Notes under the pieces: model-generated
The model's input: only the letters and a program-made list of their open reading frames with translations
Told to the model about the DNA's origin: nothing
Databases searched by the model: none
DNA from: Styela clava
Lineage: Eukaryota
Direction: 5' to 3'
Length of the DNA: 64,000 nt
Assembly (NCBI RefSeq): GCF_964204865.1
Contig: NC_135263.1
Location: forward strand, 5,456,001-5,520,000
Part shown: in pieces, positions 22,701 through 34,689 of the stretch
How the letters are laid out: every line of letters starts with the position of its first letter
Position numbering within the stretch: the stretch's first letter is position 1
Position numbers and translations under genes: made by a program

Positions 22701-25700
22701 CCAGATACAAAGTCTACTGACAATTCAATTTCTCCTTTTGTGTCAAGTAGTAGCAGTAGTAGTTCAACTTCAAGTCCTTTGAAACTGACATCCACCAACA
22801 CTTTTAGTACAGTAACAAGTCCTGTTTCAGCAGTAAGTTATGTTCGGTTTAAAGCAAGATTTTTTATAAAATGCCTGAAAAGAGCTCTGTATAGGCAGCC
22901 CCTGATATCTAATGATATGTAAGTTAAGAACTACCTTTTTAGATAGATTTAATTCCTTTCGGTCTACTCAATTTATGAAAACTTGAGTGAGGTGTATGGC
23001 ATGTTATTTGAGTTCAACATTGCTGAACTGGAAATATTCCAGTCTTTGCAGAATTAATAGCTTTTTTCATATCATTAGATATCTGTTGTTTGTTTGCACA
23101 TGGCCTTGTCCATAGTGAAAAGCGAAAATAAGCTTGGTATAACATTAAAACAATTTTATTCTTTTTCAGGGATCTTCTCCAGTTTTGAAAGAGGGTCGAG
23201 TTGTTCTTACCCCACTTTCTACAGAATTAATTTCTTGCCAAATTGGGGCTCTGGGTAACAAAATGAGCGGGGACATCGCTACCCCACCAACAAGTAACAT
23301 CAATCCACCGCTATCAGGAAGCACTCCCATGATATTATCACAAAAAGATGATTCTGCTTCGGATATAACGACGTCAAATTCACCAGAAATTCCTTTCCCT
23401 GTTGATTCTCTTCATGGTACTGATATGACGTCGTTTCCTTTCGATAATAGTTCGGCTGTAAAAGGAGATGAAAGTGTGAATGGAAATAAAGAGTCGACTT
23501 CTGATCCTTCAAGAATTGATCTAAGTAAGGAAATTTATGATATAACAATCTTCAATTTGTTTTAACCATTATGTCCATGACTCAGATTTTGGTTTGAAGT
23601 AGACTTGCATATTAGTGACCAAATTCAGTTCCATAATGACGACCAAACCGCGTACATAATGACCTTGTAGGAAGGCATAAAATTATGCGCTATTCACCAG
23701 GCTCAAATCTGTGTAGTGATTACAGAAATTTGGCATTAGGATAACGCTGCACGAAACCTGTAAAAATTCCCATTTTGTTTTTCAATTTTGCTAACTAATT
23801 TTGTGGCACAGAATTGTAAGGAATACATATTCGGTCAATATTTATTACTTAATGTGACTCGATAACAAGTTAAAACAGCTTGACGACTTGTTTTCCGAGC
23901 AATTCTTGAAGCAATAGGCCACTTTCACAGTGAACTTACTATGCGCACTTGATAGTCAATGTTTCAATGGCCTATTGAATTGGCCAATTAAGTTTTAATG
24001 TCCGTATGGTACTCCTCAAGTATGCACACTAAGATGTCGCACAACCTGAACCATAACATGCTACACAGCCTGAGTTCAGGTTGTCCGCCATCTTGGCGCG
24101 CATACTTCAGGAGGTCCGGACGCATAATACTTTATTACCTCATTTATCCTTTTTTAGGTATACCTGTCCTTGCTCGACCAGCTAGGGAGTGCTACTATTA
24201 CCCTGGTCTGTTGCAAACAAAAGATTCTGAATCTGGGAAATACACTGTGTATTTTGAAGATGATGGACGAGACAGACAAATACGAGAAACTGATATTTTA
24301 TTAATCGATATGTTGCCTGTTGGGCAAGAAGTTTATGCTCAGAGTGACTCGGATGATTCTGCTGATTGGTGGTACAGTGCAGGTGATTACGATTACAATT
24401 GATGAGTTGAAATTTGTGATATCTGCCTTTTCAGGAATGTTCAGAATGATAACAGTACATTCGGAATTCAGATATTCCTGATGTTAGTAATTACTTCCTT
24501 TGGAAATTTGTCATCTTCGGCATTGGACATTCGAACAAAAAATGAACACAATTTTATTTGCCACACTGTGAAATAATATCAATAAAAACAATCTTTATCT
24601 TGAGCGTACTGCATTGCCAACATAATTTTTACAACAGTTATGTAAAATTGTCTGTTCAATATGACCCAATTTATTCCATATTCAACAATCTTCTCGTGTA
24701 CTTGGAATAGTAAATTGTACAGTTACTTGTACATTTATCATATCAATATTTATATTTCAGGCACAATAGTGAGTTACTGGAGAGATGATGATGATAAACG
24801 AGGATATGTCATAACTAAACCTGCAGCCGGAAATAATAAGACTAAAAGGTTGGTATTACAGTTATCGAAGAGTTCAATAACTGGATAAGTCCATGCTCCG
24901 AAAACAAATAACTGGCTAACTAATCCCATACTCGACATGGACTGGTAACCGGACAAGAGGTCGTGGTTCGCCATATTATGATTAAGTTAACTTTTCTGTG
25001 AATCCTATCTTAAATATGTAAATCTCATCCTATCCTACCTATTATTCGTGAGATAAAACTTTTATATAATTTTCGCGCAATTATAAAGAATTGGCATAAT
25101 AGGATGTTCACGAAGTCCTGTATTAAATTAGGTAAAAAGACATTTACTTCATGTACATGTAACTAGTTGTGGTCCTAAAAAGTGTATTAAAGGAAGTAAA
25201 AGAGCTCAAGTAAATGAGCATTGATTGAAATAAAAAAAAAAACTGGTTAAGATATATTGAGAACAGACTGCATGACAGAATTTGGAAATTTTTGAAACTT
25301 TATGAACACCTGCTGCACTGCCATTTTTAGACTGTGACTCTTTATATTAATTTATCTGTAGAAAAGAGATTTTTTGTCAATTTTATTTTCCATCATTGCT
25401 TTTATTTCCAATTTGCAGGTACACAAGGAAACAAGTTATTGTAAAACTTGAAAACTTGTCAAACGATTTGAAGTTATTGAAGCTGCAGCCTGCATCTGGT
25501 CTTACTACAGCAGATGTTAGTTTGGGTATGATGCCATTATTGATTTGGTAATAAGATGGGATTTTCATATTTATTCTGAGGGAGAGGAAAGTCAATAAGA
25601 TGGTATTATAATGTGGCAAACCATGTCCTCTCATGTATCCATAATAGTTAGCCAGCTGTTTGTTTCCGATGAGTGGACTTAATGGTGAATGGAGTCTTAC

Positions 25701-28700
25701 TCGACCTATGGTTTGGTTATGTAAACCACCCTATGATGGCGAAAAGTCCAGCAAACCTCTCGCACATAATTATTCTTGCCGGGTTCCTTGAACCTAAGAA
25801 GGTTAATCAGAGGTATAATGGCAAGCTTATTCCTAACGATTGACACAATGCACCAACCGCCTTTTAAACAGTATTCAAAAATTATTTGAATGACAGGCAG
25901 GATAATTAATGCAAAATAGAATATGGGTAAGAGATTAGATTTCGAGTCTTTTCCTTTCGACTCCTATCAGCATGATAAATATAAATGAATTAAAAATGCA
26001 GCTATTGACACGCAGTGGTTAAAACATTAGATAGAATCAAGTATGATGGCATAGCAGAAGTGAAAAGAGGATAATTATGTTGGATATTAATTAAAAAAGC
26101 TTAGCCAACTTCTTCCGTATCTAAAAGAGCGGTTTCCAACCGCTGGTCTGCGGACCGATGCCGGTCCGAGAAGCTTCTTTGCCGGTCCATGATAAGTTTT
26201 GTTGTTTTTCTGCTGTCTCAATCGTTTTACCAAAGTTGCGTTGTTTTATTAGGCAATTTCTCTTCTACCGTCATATTGCTGTTTGATAAGTGTGGTATTA
26301 TTAATGGCCCTATGACGTCTTGGCGCAGAGTAATTTCACAGCATGATTTTGAGCCTGGCACCTAGTTACAGACTACTTGGTTAATATATTTTTTCGTTTC
26401 AGCCATTTCAAAATTTTTGCTGGTTTGAGAGAACATTTTATTTGATTTTTCTGGTCTGCCAGGGTAGAAAGGTTGGGGAGCACTAATCTAAGCTAAGATC
26501 TGTTAAAAATTTTGCCCACTTTACAGTGTGTATTCTTTTAGTTCTAAAAATCACTGAATTTAATTTTTTCAAACAGATAACATCATGGATGGTAAGAGAC
26601 GTACACGTCGGTCAAGAGCAGCTGATTCTGCTGTGAGCAGCCCTGCCGCATCCAGACCAGGGACGCCATCTTCCACGACTTCTAAAACTCCTCGATCCTC
26701 AAGAAAACGTCGAGCAGATTCAGAATCTTCTGAGTCATCTTCCTGTGTACCTTTCCCAACAACTAAGAAATCAAAACGAGGGAAACTTAGTTACGGGAGT
26801 CCAAGAACTCCAGCAAAACGAAAATCTTCGAATACACCATCTAAAGGTGAGGTCAAATGTGAAAATATTTTCAGATGAATCAACCATTTTGTAATACTGT
26901 GAATTATGCGATATCATAAAACAATAACGAGAAACTGCGGTTTCGATTCATTTGCTCTTACTCCATAGTGACACCGTGTGTCCCATCACTAATTAATCAA
27001 TAACTCGCTAATTATACGACATAATTCATCCAAAATCAATAGGCTTCTGGTCCGACATATGATGAATGCACATGCATAATTTGGAGCAGATTCAACCTCG
27101 ATTTTGAGAGATATCGCGTGTATCTAACAGACAGACAGACAAACAAACAAACAGACAAATACCTATCAACATACTTACCGATCAAGATCGATAAGTAATG
27201 AGTAGGGATGGGCAATGTAGAATAATTTACTATTCTAGAATACTTAAATCAAATCTAAAATACCGAATCGTATTCTGTTTTTATAGTTATTTGAATAGCG
27301 GGAATTCCCCACCACATTGCTGGATTGGAAATTAAAGCAAAATTGTAAACGCATTACTTTCTTCGGTATCAATTGAAAATGTCCTAAACATTGGGAATTC
27401 AATACTTTGGGATTCGGATCCTCCGGATTTGGTATTCTAAATTGCCCATCTCTAATAATGACTGACATATTTCATTATTTTTTTAGGTGAACTAGGCGTC
27501 ATGCCGCACAAAAAAACAATTATTTGGATTATCTATATTTAGAAGGACTGTAATCTTTTCTGTTTGGCCCTGCCTACCCTAGTTATAACACCCTGAGTGA
27601 GGTGTTGCCTATGTTACAAAAGTACTTTCTTCATAACTTTGCTCTATTCAGATATTTTCAACTTGAATCATAAATAAGTGAATGCCTATAGTTGAATAAA
27701 TGGTAAATTACCATGAAATGTTGGTTTATTTGCTGTTTGGAAAAAGGATTTACAGAAGTTTTAAATTTTATAAATCTGACTGATTTGTATATATTTGGCT
27801 GCAATGTGCGCTAATTATTTTTTTTCCGGTACTTACAGTTGAGTTTTGAATCACTTCGAAAAAATAGATTAAATAAATAAATGTTGTTTTCTTAGCATCC
27901 ATGACATACAAAGAAAGCAAACTATTTGAGAAATGTGGATTTTTACTGACTTCAACAACAGGAAAAGATCATCCATCATCCGAGTTTGATTCACCTCCTT
28001 GCACCAATATTTATGGATATGACAGGTAATATATTATAAACCAGGGCGGGCAATTTTTTTTTGCGAAGGGCGGGGTTCATCAGAAAATATTCTTGGCAAA
28101 GGGCTGCATTGAGAAATTGATTGTAATGTCACAGTTATTAATTCTATTCGCTATGATATTGTCGAATACAGTTGTGGCTTGCATTGTTGAACATTAATAT
28201 TACTTAACAAATCATAGTTTAGATAATTTAAATGAAGTTAAAAAATAAATCCAAGTTTTGTATGTAGTTTTGAAAATGTTCACAACCCTTTTCCAAGAGC
28301 AGGGGGGGGGGGGTGCATAAATTCGTTGACGGGCAGTAGTTTGCACATTCTTGTAATAAACCATGATTAAGGTAGTTTACCAAAACTTTACATTCAAAAA
28401 TTGTTTCCTTTTGGAACTGATGAACTAGTGAAGATCAGTTTGCATGATTTTGATAAAATTGAACCAGCAACACTTGGTAATTATTTTTGAAGATATTGCA
28501 ATTTAGAGCAGGGTTTCTCAAATTGGGCCCTCGGCCCCCCTAGTGAGACACGGACAAGCCCTTCACTAGCTATCGTTCTCCATGACTAAATTAATTAAAA
28601 AAATTGGCTTCTTATTGTTAAATATGCTATAAATATCACTATTGAAAACTCTTTGGAACTCTTTGAAAGAAGGCCACAGGTATTGGAAGTTATTAATTTT

Positions 28701-31238
28701 CCTCACTTACATTGTACATAGCATGGCAATATTTTTCTGTTTTCCCTGAAGTTACAGGATCGTAACTCTCACGGTTCTTCACTAACCGAAGCATTTTTGC
28801 TTGCCCATTGTCACTATCTGTCGTGATCATCTGCGCAGCCAAAAGTCTAATTGACCGCTTTGGAGCTTTTTTGTTGCTGTGTGCTCAATTAGACTATACT
28901 GACACTCATGAGTTTCATATCAGTTTACATGCTCTGTACAGGGGGCTAAGTGGATACAAGACCATATATTGAGAGATGATAGTTGATTTTATATTTGTTT
29001 GGATGTGAACAACTTTTATTTCAATCTTTTACGCAGGGAAGTGTTGAAGAAACAAATCAATGCTGGGGATGGTGTTGTTGTCAAGGATTTCACGCAGTTG
29101 GTAAACTGATTTATATGCTCTGTCTCTGTGTAATTATGTCGACAAAACTTAGGCCTGATAATTAATACTTGTCTAGTCAACTTGACTGCCTGCATTTATT
29201 GGTAACAGGAAGTTGGGGTTGGATTAGAATTCCAAAATAGCTTTTGATTTTTGTTGAATCTATAGTTATTAAACAATATACTTGAGTTTTTAAATATCTT
29301 TTTCTCACCCGGTTGTCAGGTATGTGCTAAATAAAAAGAAGAATAGTTGGCGCTTAGAAGTGTGTGTACCAATATGGAGGTAACTAATTTTGGTCGCCTA
29401 CTTTACATCAAGTTGTGTAAAGGGACTGAAACCTATGGGCAGGGGGTATATTCACTTGGCTAACACAAACAGTCCCCAAACTCATAATATAACTAAAATA
29501 AGAAAAATCGGATAAGCATTTTGCCCTAACGTGGCAGCTGGTACACATACTACGGGAGTACCAAATAGTTATCGAATTGAGCATATTCTGAATATCTTGA
29601 AAAAACTCTTGTGTTGTCATTTGTGATATATTATTTTGTTCACAGATGTCATGTGATCGAAGTGAGCTTTACGTCGTATCAGATAATTTTTGTCGAACAA
29701 TGAATTATTTCAACGCACTAGCTGCGGGAATCCAATGCATATCTTATATCTGGATCAATGATTCAACAAATGCTGGGAGATTAAAAGCAATAAAATCCTA
29801 TGTTTTGCCCGCTGGATACAGTTTGCAACATATGGGGATTGTGGAAAGGTAATGGATAAATTTAGGAGTTGTAAACAATGTTTTAGTTAAAGTTCAACCT
29901 CAATTTCATTAACGTTCTTCCTCACCATCGAATCAAACTGTAATTTAAAATAGAATATTGATATTTGAAGATTTGGTATTCTTGATTCAATGTAAGTAAT
30001 CTAGAATAGTAAATTAAGCTGAGGGCGCCTCCCAATGTTTAAACTTTTGGAGCATTGTTTTAAGTCAACAATTGTCTTTTCGGTGATGAATTCCAATTAG
30101 GATTACCGGTAACCATAATTAGATTAACTGTTATCAGATGGTTAACGGTTGCAAGTTCTGTCATTCCAAGTATTATTCCCTTTTCTAATGTGTATTCGCA
30201 TGATAAGAATTGCACATATTTTTCTATCGTTTTTGAAAGTGTTTCACTGAAGTGTATCCCAGCCCAAATTCCAATATTTATATTTAAATCATAACTTTTC
30301 TAGACCAATATCTCCAATCCAACCACTGTCTGGTATTCGTGTCAGTTTACATATGAGAGATCTAGCAACATGGAATCCTTTACTGTGCATTGCTGGTTGT
30401 ATATCAGTTTCAACAAGGAAGGATAAATTGAAAACTGGTATGATAAAAGCATTAAAATTAAATATTGTTCAAATCGAGTCAAAAAGTTTGATTGATTTCA
30501 ATGCTCTGGCAATTTAGGTTCCAATGGCAATAGCTCATCAGTCCTATTAGAACTTACGATTTTTTTTATTTATCCCGGGGAGAGTTAATCTTATCAAATG
30601 ACAAACCACAATCTTTTGTTGGGTTGCTTGGGAATTTTAAAAAACCAACGCAGCAGCAAATAAAAAAAAATCGGAAAGAAGTGACTTGAAAGCATCTAGC
30701 GCCAAACCTCAATAGTCCAACCCTAAAAAATTGCCCAGTTAACCAGTTATTTGTTTCAGATGCTCGGGCCCTTATCTATAACCAGTCAGTAAATTACTGC
30801 AAGACATGTCTTTACAGGGAGGCAGAAGGTTCAATGCATTTTTGCTGTCATTGTCACTGTGTTATCTTTATTTCTCAGCTAAACTTAATGGCCCAGCATT
30901 CTCGCACCCCCATTGCACAGTTTTCGCACCTCTGGTAAATGAACCCAGTAACATAATCGAATCATTCTTTCTCCCTATTTGTTATTCACAACGCTTCTGC
31001 TCTTTTTAGTCACTGATAACACCAAATTAAGTGTTTTATAAAATCTCTCATGTTTTTTACAGATTGTTCTCTATCGTGTGACGTTGTGGTTGCTGATTCA
31101 TCATGTGATCAAAGTATCATGGAAAGAGCGGAGAAACTCAAGATTCCTGTCGTGTCAATAGAATGGGTCATCCAGTGTCTTATAAACAATAAAAAATTAC
31201 CTTTTATTGGTCATTCTCAATATTCTAGGTTTACTTGA
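10721..31238 (+). CDS. TP53BP1: TP53-binding protein 1 (~1632 aa, 20 coding exons)
   Basis: Phase-consistent GT-AG exons: 10721-10808, 11168-11268, 11660-11830, 12831-13410, 13905-14954, 15166-15214, 19523-20052, 20952-21088, 21658-21802, 22537-22832, 23170-23524, 24158-24382, 24761-24848, 25419-25525, 26577-26846, 27896-28025, 29037-29100, 29646-29848, 30304-30437, 31063-31238. Domains: SQ/TQ-rich acidic N-terminus, oligomerisation-like segment (YRVTRNAVVETLVNGEVVE), tandem Tudor, UDR (ADVSLDNIMDGKRRTRR), tandem BRCT (..IPVVSIEWVIQCLI). Confidence 0.9.
11951..12497 (+). repeat. ~70-bp direct repeats flanking a hAT-MITE end fragment
   Basis: ggtcta..ttcagt.gaagactacttcatcttatg.tagggttgtgcaatgaat..acctagcttg at 11951-12020 and 12428-12497; ggcccgc motifs and ttgaccaccctg lie between them. 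Confidence 0.7.
15391..15626. mobile_element. MITE with long GG-initiated TIRs (Merlin/MULE type)
   Basis: ~80-bp TIR (gaagtatgcgaaccaagatggcggacatcgga..), 8-bp TSD catttttt; homologous to 55547-55789. Confidence 0.8.
20190..20640 (+). mobile_element. tRNA-derived SINE copy interrupted by a hAT MITE
   Basis: Family core atgtgagagaggattgct..agggtggtttaca, also at 25608-25855 (minus strand) and as fragments at ~11030 and ~17210. Confidence 0.6.
20326..20551. mobile_element. hAT-type MITE
   Basis: TIR cagtggttcccaacc / ggttggaaaccgctg; exact 8-bp TSD gtttacag. Confidence 0.9.
20714..20899 (+). mobile_element. MITE with GG termini and 9-bp TSD (Merlin/MULE type)
   Basis: TIR ggtgaccgtacatttgaaccca / tgggttcaaatgtaatggaacc; exact TSD atgttgaaa at 20705-20713 and 20900-20908. 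Confidence 0.88.
24008..24117. mobile_element. Short palindromic MITE (family with 52131-52248 and 58403-58512)
   Basis: Near-complete hairpin: aagtatgc..aagatg.cgcacaacctgaac / gttcaggttgt.cgccatcttgg..gcatactt. Confidence 0.8.
24870..25040 (+). mobile_element. SINE 3' portion
   Basis: aagtccatgct..aaataact..cccatac..ggtaaccgg..gagg.cgtggtt.gccat..aaatatgtaaat..cctat tail, shared with 57100-57300. Confidence 0.65.
25608..25855 (-). mobile_element. tRNA-derived SINE
   Basis: Reverse complement has a tRNA-like head with ggttcaag, then the family core ataattatgtgcgagagg.ttgctggact. Confidence 0.65.
26127..26485. mobile_element. hAT-type MITE related to 20326-20551
   Basis: agcggtttccaacc..ggttggggagcact termini and shared internal sequence. 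Confidence 0.7.
26925..27198 (+). mobile_element. HINE/DINE-like element
   Basis: (AGAC)n/(AAAC)n microsatellite and 3' hairpin acttaccgatc-aa-gatcgataagt; inverted copy at 36168-36470. Confidence 0.75.
27203..27453. mobile_element. hAT-type MITE with TAG termini
   Basis: tagggatgggcaat / attgcccatctcta; imperfect 8-bp TSD gtaatgag/ataatgac. Confidence 0.75.
29349..29562. mobile_element. GG-terminal MITE (family also at ~41396-41570, ~42832-43065, ~54539-54730)
   Basis: agaagtgtgtgtaccaatatggagg..ttcacttggctaacaca shared by four copies; TSD gaatagtt/aaatagtt. Confidence 0.8.
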
Positions 31239-32711
31239 TCAACTTTTAATAATTTTCATTTTCTACGAGTTTGGTAAAAATACGTAAAACCTGTAACTAT
31301 CCAATTAATTCATTAATTAATTCAATTCAATAATAGGAATTAATGAATGATAGTAAAGGTGTTTAAGGCTTTATCAATGTTGCGAAGCTAATCCTATTTA
31401 ACTCTATTTCGAGTTGAAATTATCTGACTTACCTGACATAGTCAAGTTGCAAAAATACGACTCAAAAGACTTCATTTCGAACTGCATTTTAGGGTTTAGA
31501 AATGTTGCAAATCGATACAAGTTGATCTGAAATATATATGTTTTCTTCTGGTCCTCAGAAATAGATTTATTTAACAGTTTTGTTCAATCATTATTAGGTA
31601 AATTATTCATACAGTTTTTGTGTAAAATCATCAAAGCCATTGTTCTTGTTCTGCCAAATCGTGCAATATTTTATTCACTGCTGGTTCTGTACTCAACCAT
31701 TTCAAATTTGTTAAATTCTTGCTTATTTTAATGACGGTCAATGTTATAAATGAAATAGTTTGATTTGAAGTTGAAATGCATTTAAATATAACAATGGAGT
31801 TGTTCTGGAAATGTTTTTAATACAAAAATATGATTTTAAATCAATGCAAATGTGGTGCATTGGAATGTCTTACTGGTGCTTGTGCAGTGAATCTCATATC
31901 TCTGTTTCAAAAATATAATTATCACATTGTTTGATATGGGTCTAACAGATCGTTGCCATCATTTAATTTTTGTTTTGTTTCGTAATTGCTGTAATAAACA
32001 ACCCGCTGTCTTTTTTATATTGAAAAAATAAACCAAATGCCAAATTTTTGAATGAAAATTTGATAACGTATTGCTTAATTTCCCATGGTCACACAAAAAC
32101 GTTATCTGTAAGAAATATGGGATATCTCTATAATGACGCAGAGAGAGTAAGATTGTTTATCTGTTGGAACTTAGAGCTAGATGAAATATCCCATTTGTGT
32201 ACAGAATATCGGAATGTCATTTTACTGATTGGTGAGACGTGACTGGTGCCACTCATAAGTAAAACTTTATTTTGACTACATTACAGACGATGAAATAATT
32301 GATAAGAACAGAATAAACAGAATCGGGAGAGCAAACAAAACCTTTAGGTTTAAAACGTATGGATTGAAAGGTGTTGTCAAGAGGAGAGGTGCGCGTTCAC
32401 TAACCCAAAAGCATTAAATTAATTATTAATACGTGCACGCGTATATACAATCACGGTGTCGGAGATACAATAAAGTTGAAAGAGAAAAAACTATATATAT
32501 ATATATTACTTGGTGAAAGGGGAAAAAAATACGAATAAAGAAAGAAATTTGCCACACCACATCAATAATTTTGTAAAGATTGCCAGATTAGATTAGTTAA
32601 CAGGAGTGAGATGTATAGAAAAATCTTTCTGTGGTCAAGCTGACCGTTGTTGTGGATCAAGGAAGATGTATATATTCTCATTGGTTGGACGCATGAAGAG
32701 GTGGGCTATAC

Positions 32712-32903
32712 CGTGTCCGGAAAATTCGCCGCAAGAGCATTTTGCTGTTAAACAAGTATTTGGGATAAAAACGGTCAGGTTTATAGGGTTAGGGCATGCC
32801 CTTAGCAATTTTTTTTAAATGAAAAAGTACTTCAAAAACCTAACTTTTTATCACAAATACTTGTTTTACAGCAAAACGCTCTTGCGGCGAGATTTCCTAC
32901 GGC
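32712..32903. mobile_element. MITE with TIRs
   Basis: ggaaaattcgccgcaagagcattttgctgt / acagcaaaacgctcttgcggcgagatttcc. Confidence 0.75.
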
Positions 32904-33489
32904 GAATTTTTCTAGAACTGTGCCAGTCATGGACACGCTGTCTCCAAGCTAGTTCTCTATTTTCACTTGTCTCTCACGACAAAATGGGACTTCAAAGTCG
33001 AGTGACCGTCATTCGTCCAAAAATTTTTTATTGTCCTTGATACCGAGATTATAATCGCCCAAACGCACAGGTTTCAACCCCTGTTCCGTGGGCTGCGCAT
33101 GCCAAGTGTTTTCACGAAATCTAAATCCCAGAGTGAGTAAAAATAGTATCGTTCCATCATTAATGGTTGAGCGGAGAGTTGAGATGAGAATACAGCAATA
33201 GTGATTAAAAGCGTACGAAAATATTGAGTTGTAGTGGCAATTGAAAAAAGGATTATAACTTTATGAAAATATTAACGTGAAGAGAGGGCCTTCTCCAAAC
33301 ACGCCAACCAGAAAACAAAACAAAACGTATTTACATATAAAAAGTTAGAGTCGAATAAATGAACATTTTGGTTTGCCGTTACTCGGCTATGATTGGATCT
33401 TCAAATTTCCCGTTTGATTCTATCGTATTTTTAACAGCATAGCCCTATAATATTTATCATTTTATGCTTTTTGGTTTCAACTAAATAAG

Positions 33490-33612
33490 TTGATTTACCC
33501 AACTGGTAGCGCAGGCCCGATACCGGCAACCGGGCCGGACTCAAAAATTTGCAACAGCGTCTACTAGTGACAGAGACATAAAACACGTGTGTGCTGTGGG
33601 GAAATTCCCTTT
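33490..33612 (+). promoter_or_regulatory. Putative promoter of the NOP10(-TBL3) unit
   Basis: Local GC-rich patch, CACGTG E-box (~33583) and GGGAAATTCCC kappaB-type site (33599-33609) about 100 bp before the NOP10 ATG. Confidence 0.4.
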
Positions 33613-33706
33613 GACTTGTTGAAAATTTGCTCTGCTGATTATTGTCTGTTCATTCAAGCTACCGAAATCAATCTTTCAGCATTATCGTTTTACCGTGAAT
33701 AGAAAG

Positions 33707-33901
33707 ATGTTTCTGCAATATTATTTGGACGATAATGGTAAACGAGTTTACACCATGAAAAAGGTCGCTCCTGATGGTTCGCCAACCCAGTCTGCTCATC
33801 CGGCAAGGTTTTCTCCAGATGACAAGTTTTCGAAACAAAGAATCGCCTGCAAGAGACGTTTCGGACTATTATTAACCCAACAACCAAAGCCTGCGATGTG
33901 A
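33707..33901 (+). CDS. NOP10: H/ACA ribonucleoprotein subunit 3, intronless
   Basis: [48 protein letters not shown], 64 aa. Confidence 0.97.
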   Translation: MFLQYYLDDNGKRVYTMKKVAPDGSPTQSAHPARFSPDDKFSKQRIACKRRFGLLLTQQPKPAM

Positions 33902-34689
33902 AAGAACATTTTTAAAACGGAATATGTAGGATAGTAAAAGCTCAACTAACAATTTCACTACTTTTATCGGGACAACCAAAAAGCTTTATGTGTGCATGTT
34001 ACAGTGTTGAGAAATCAGAATGAACTTTACTTGTCAATGTGTCTTGCTGACTTACCATCACAGAAACGGAAATTATAATCTTTTAATATTCAAAGTTTCA
34101 CTCAAACACTGAAAAAGGATGTTTCACTATAACCATGTGGTGTGTTTTATTGATAGATCAAATATCCCTTCTTTATCACAATGCTTTTAAACCCCAGTAA
34201 TGCCATTTTTTCGGCTTCCCAATTTGTGTTTAATTTAGTAGATTTTAATTGTTGCTTTATTTGTGTGATTATATATTCAGATATTGCAGCATTTTTATTC
34301 ACCTTTCATTAAATATTTGCTTACAACATATGCTGGGTTAATGCTGGATATTTTTCATTCAGAAAAGATTTCTAGACAAGCCACTTGTGTATGGAAACTA
34401 CGAGATCAATTCTTTGAGTTTAACTGAATATCTTTTGTACTTTATTGATTTGTAAAGTGGTGAATAATGGCTGACCATCTTTCTTTCGGAATTATTTTTA
34501 TTTGTGACTTATAGGCCTACTCGCACCAATGAGCATGCTGTTTGTGTAGAGTGGTGTAATGTGCTAACTACTTGAAATTTCAATCATATAATCTTCTGAA
34601 TGCATTTTTCCATAGACACATTCAAATCTATTTAATATTGCGAATCAATTTCCTATCCTGTATTTTGATTTTTGTGTCTGACATTGAAA

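Noticed and set aside
32275-32375. LINE RT C-terminal-like peptide (ITDDEIIDK..NRIGRANKTF)
   Set aside because: Too short and degenerate to call as a feature
33030-33095. tRNA-like T-arm (acaggtttcaacccctgt)
   Set aside because: No convincing D arm, anticodon arm or acceptor stem; at most a SINE or tRNA relic
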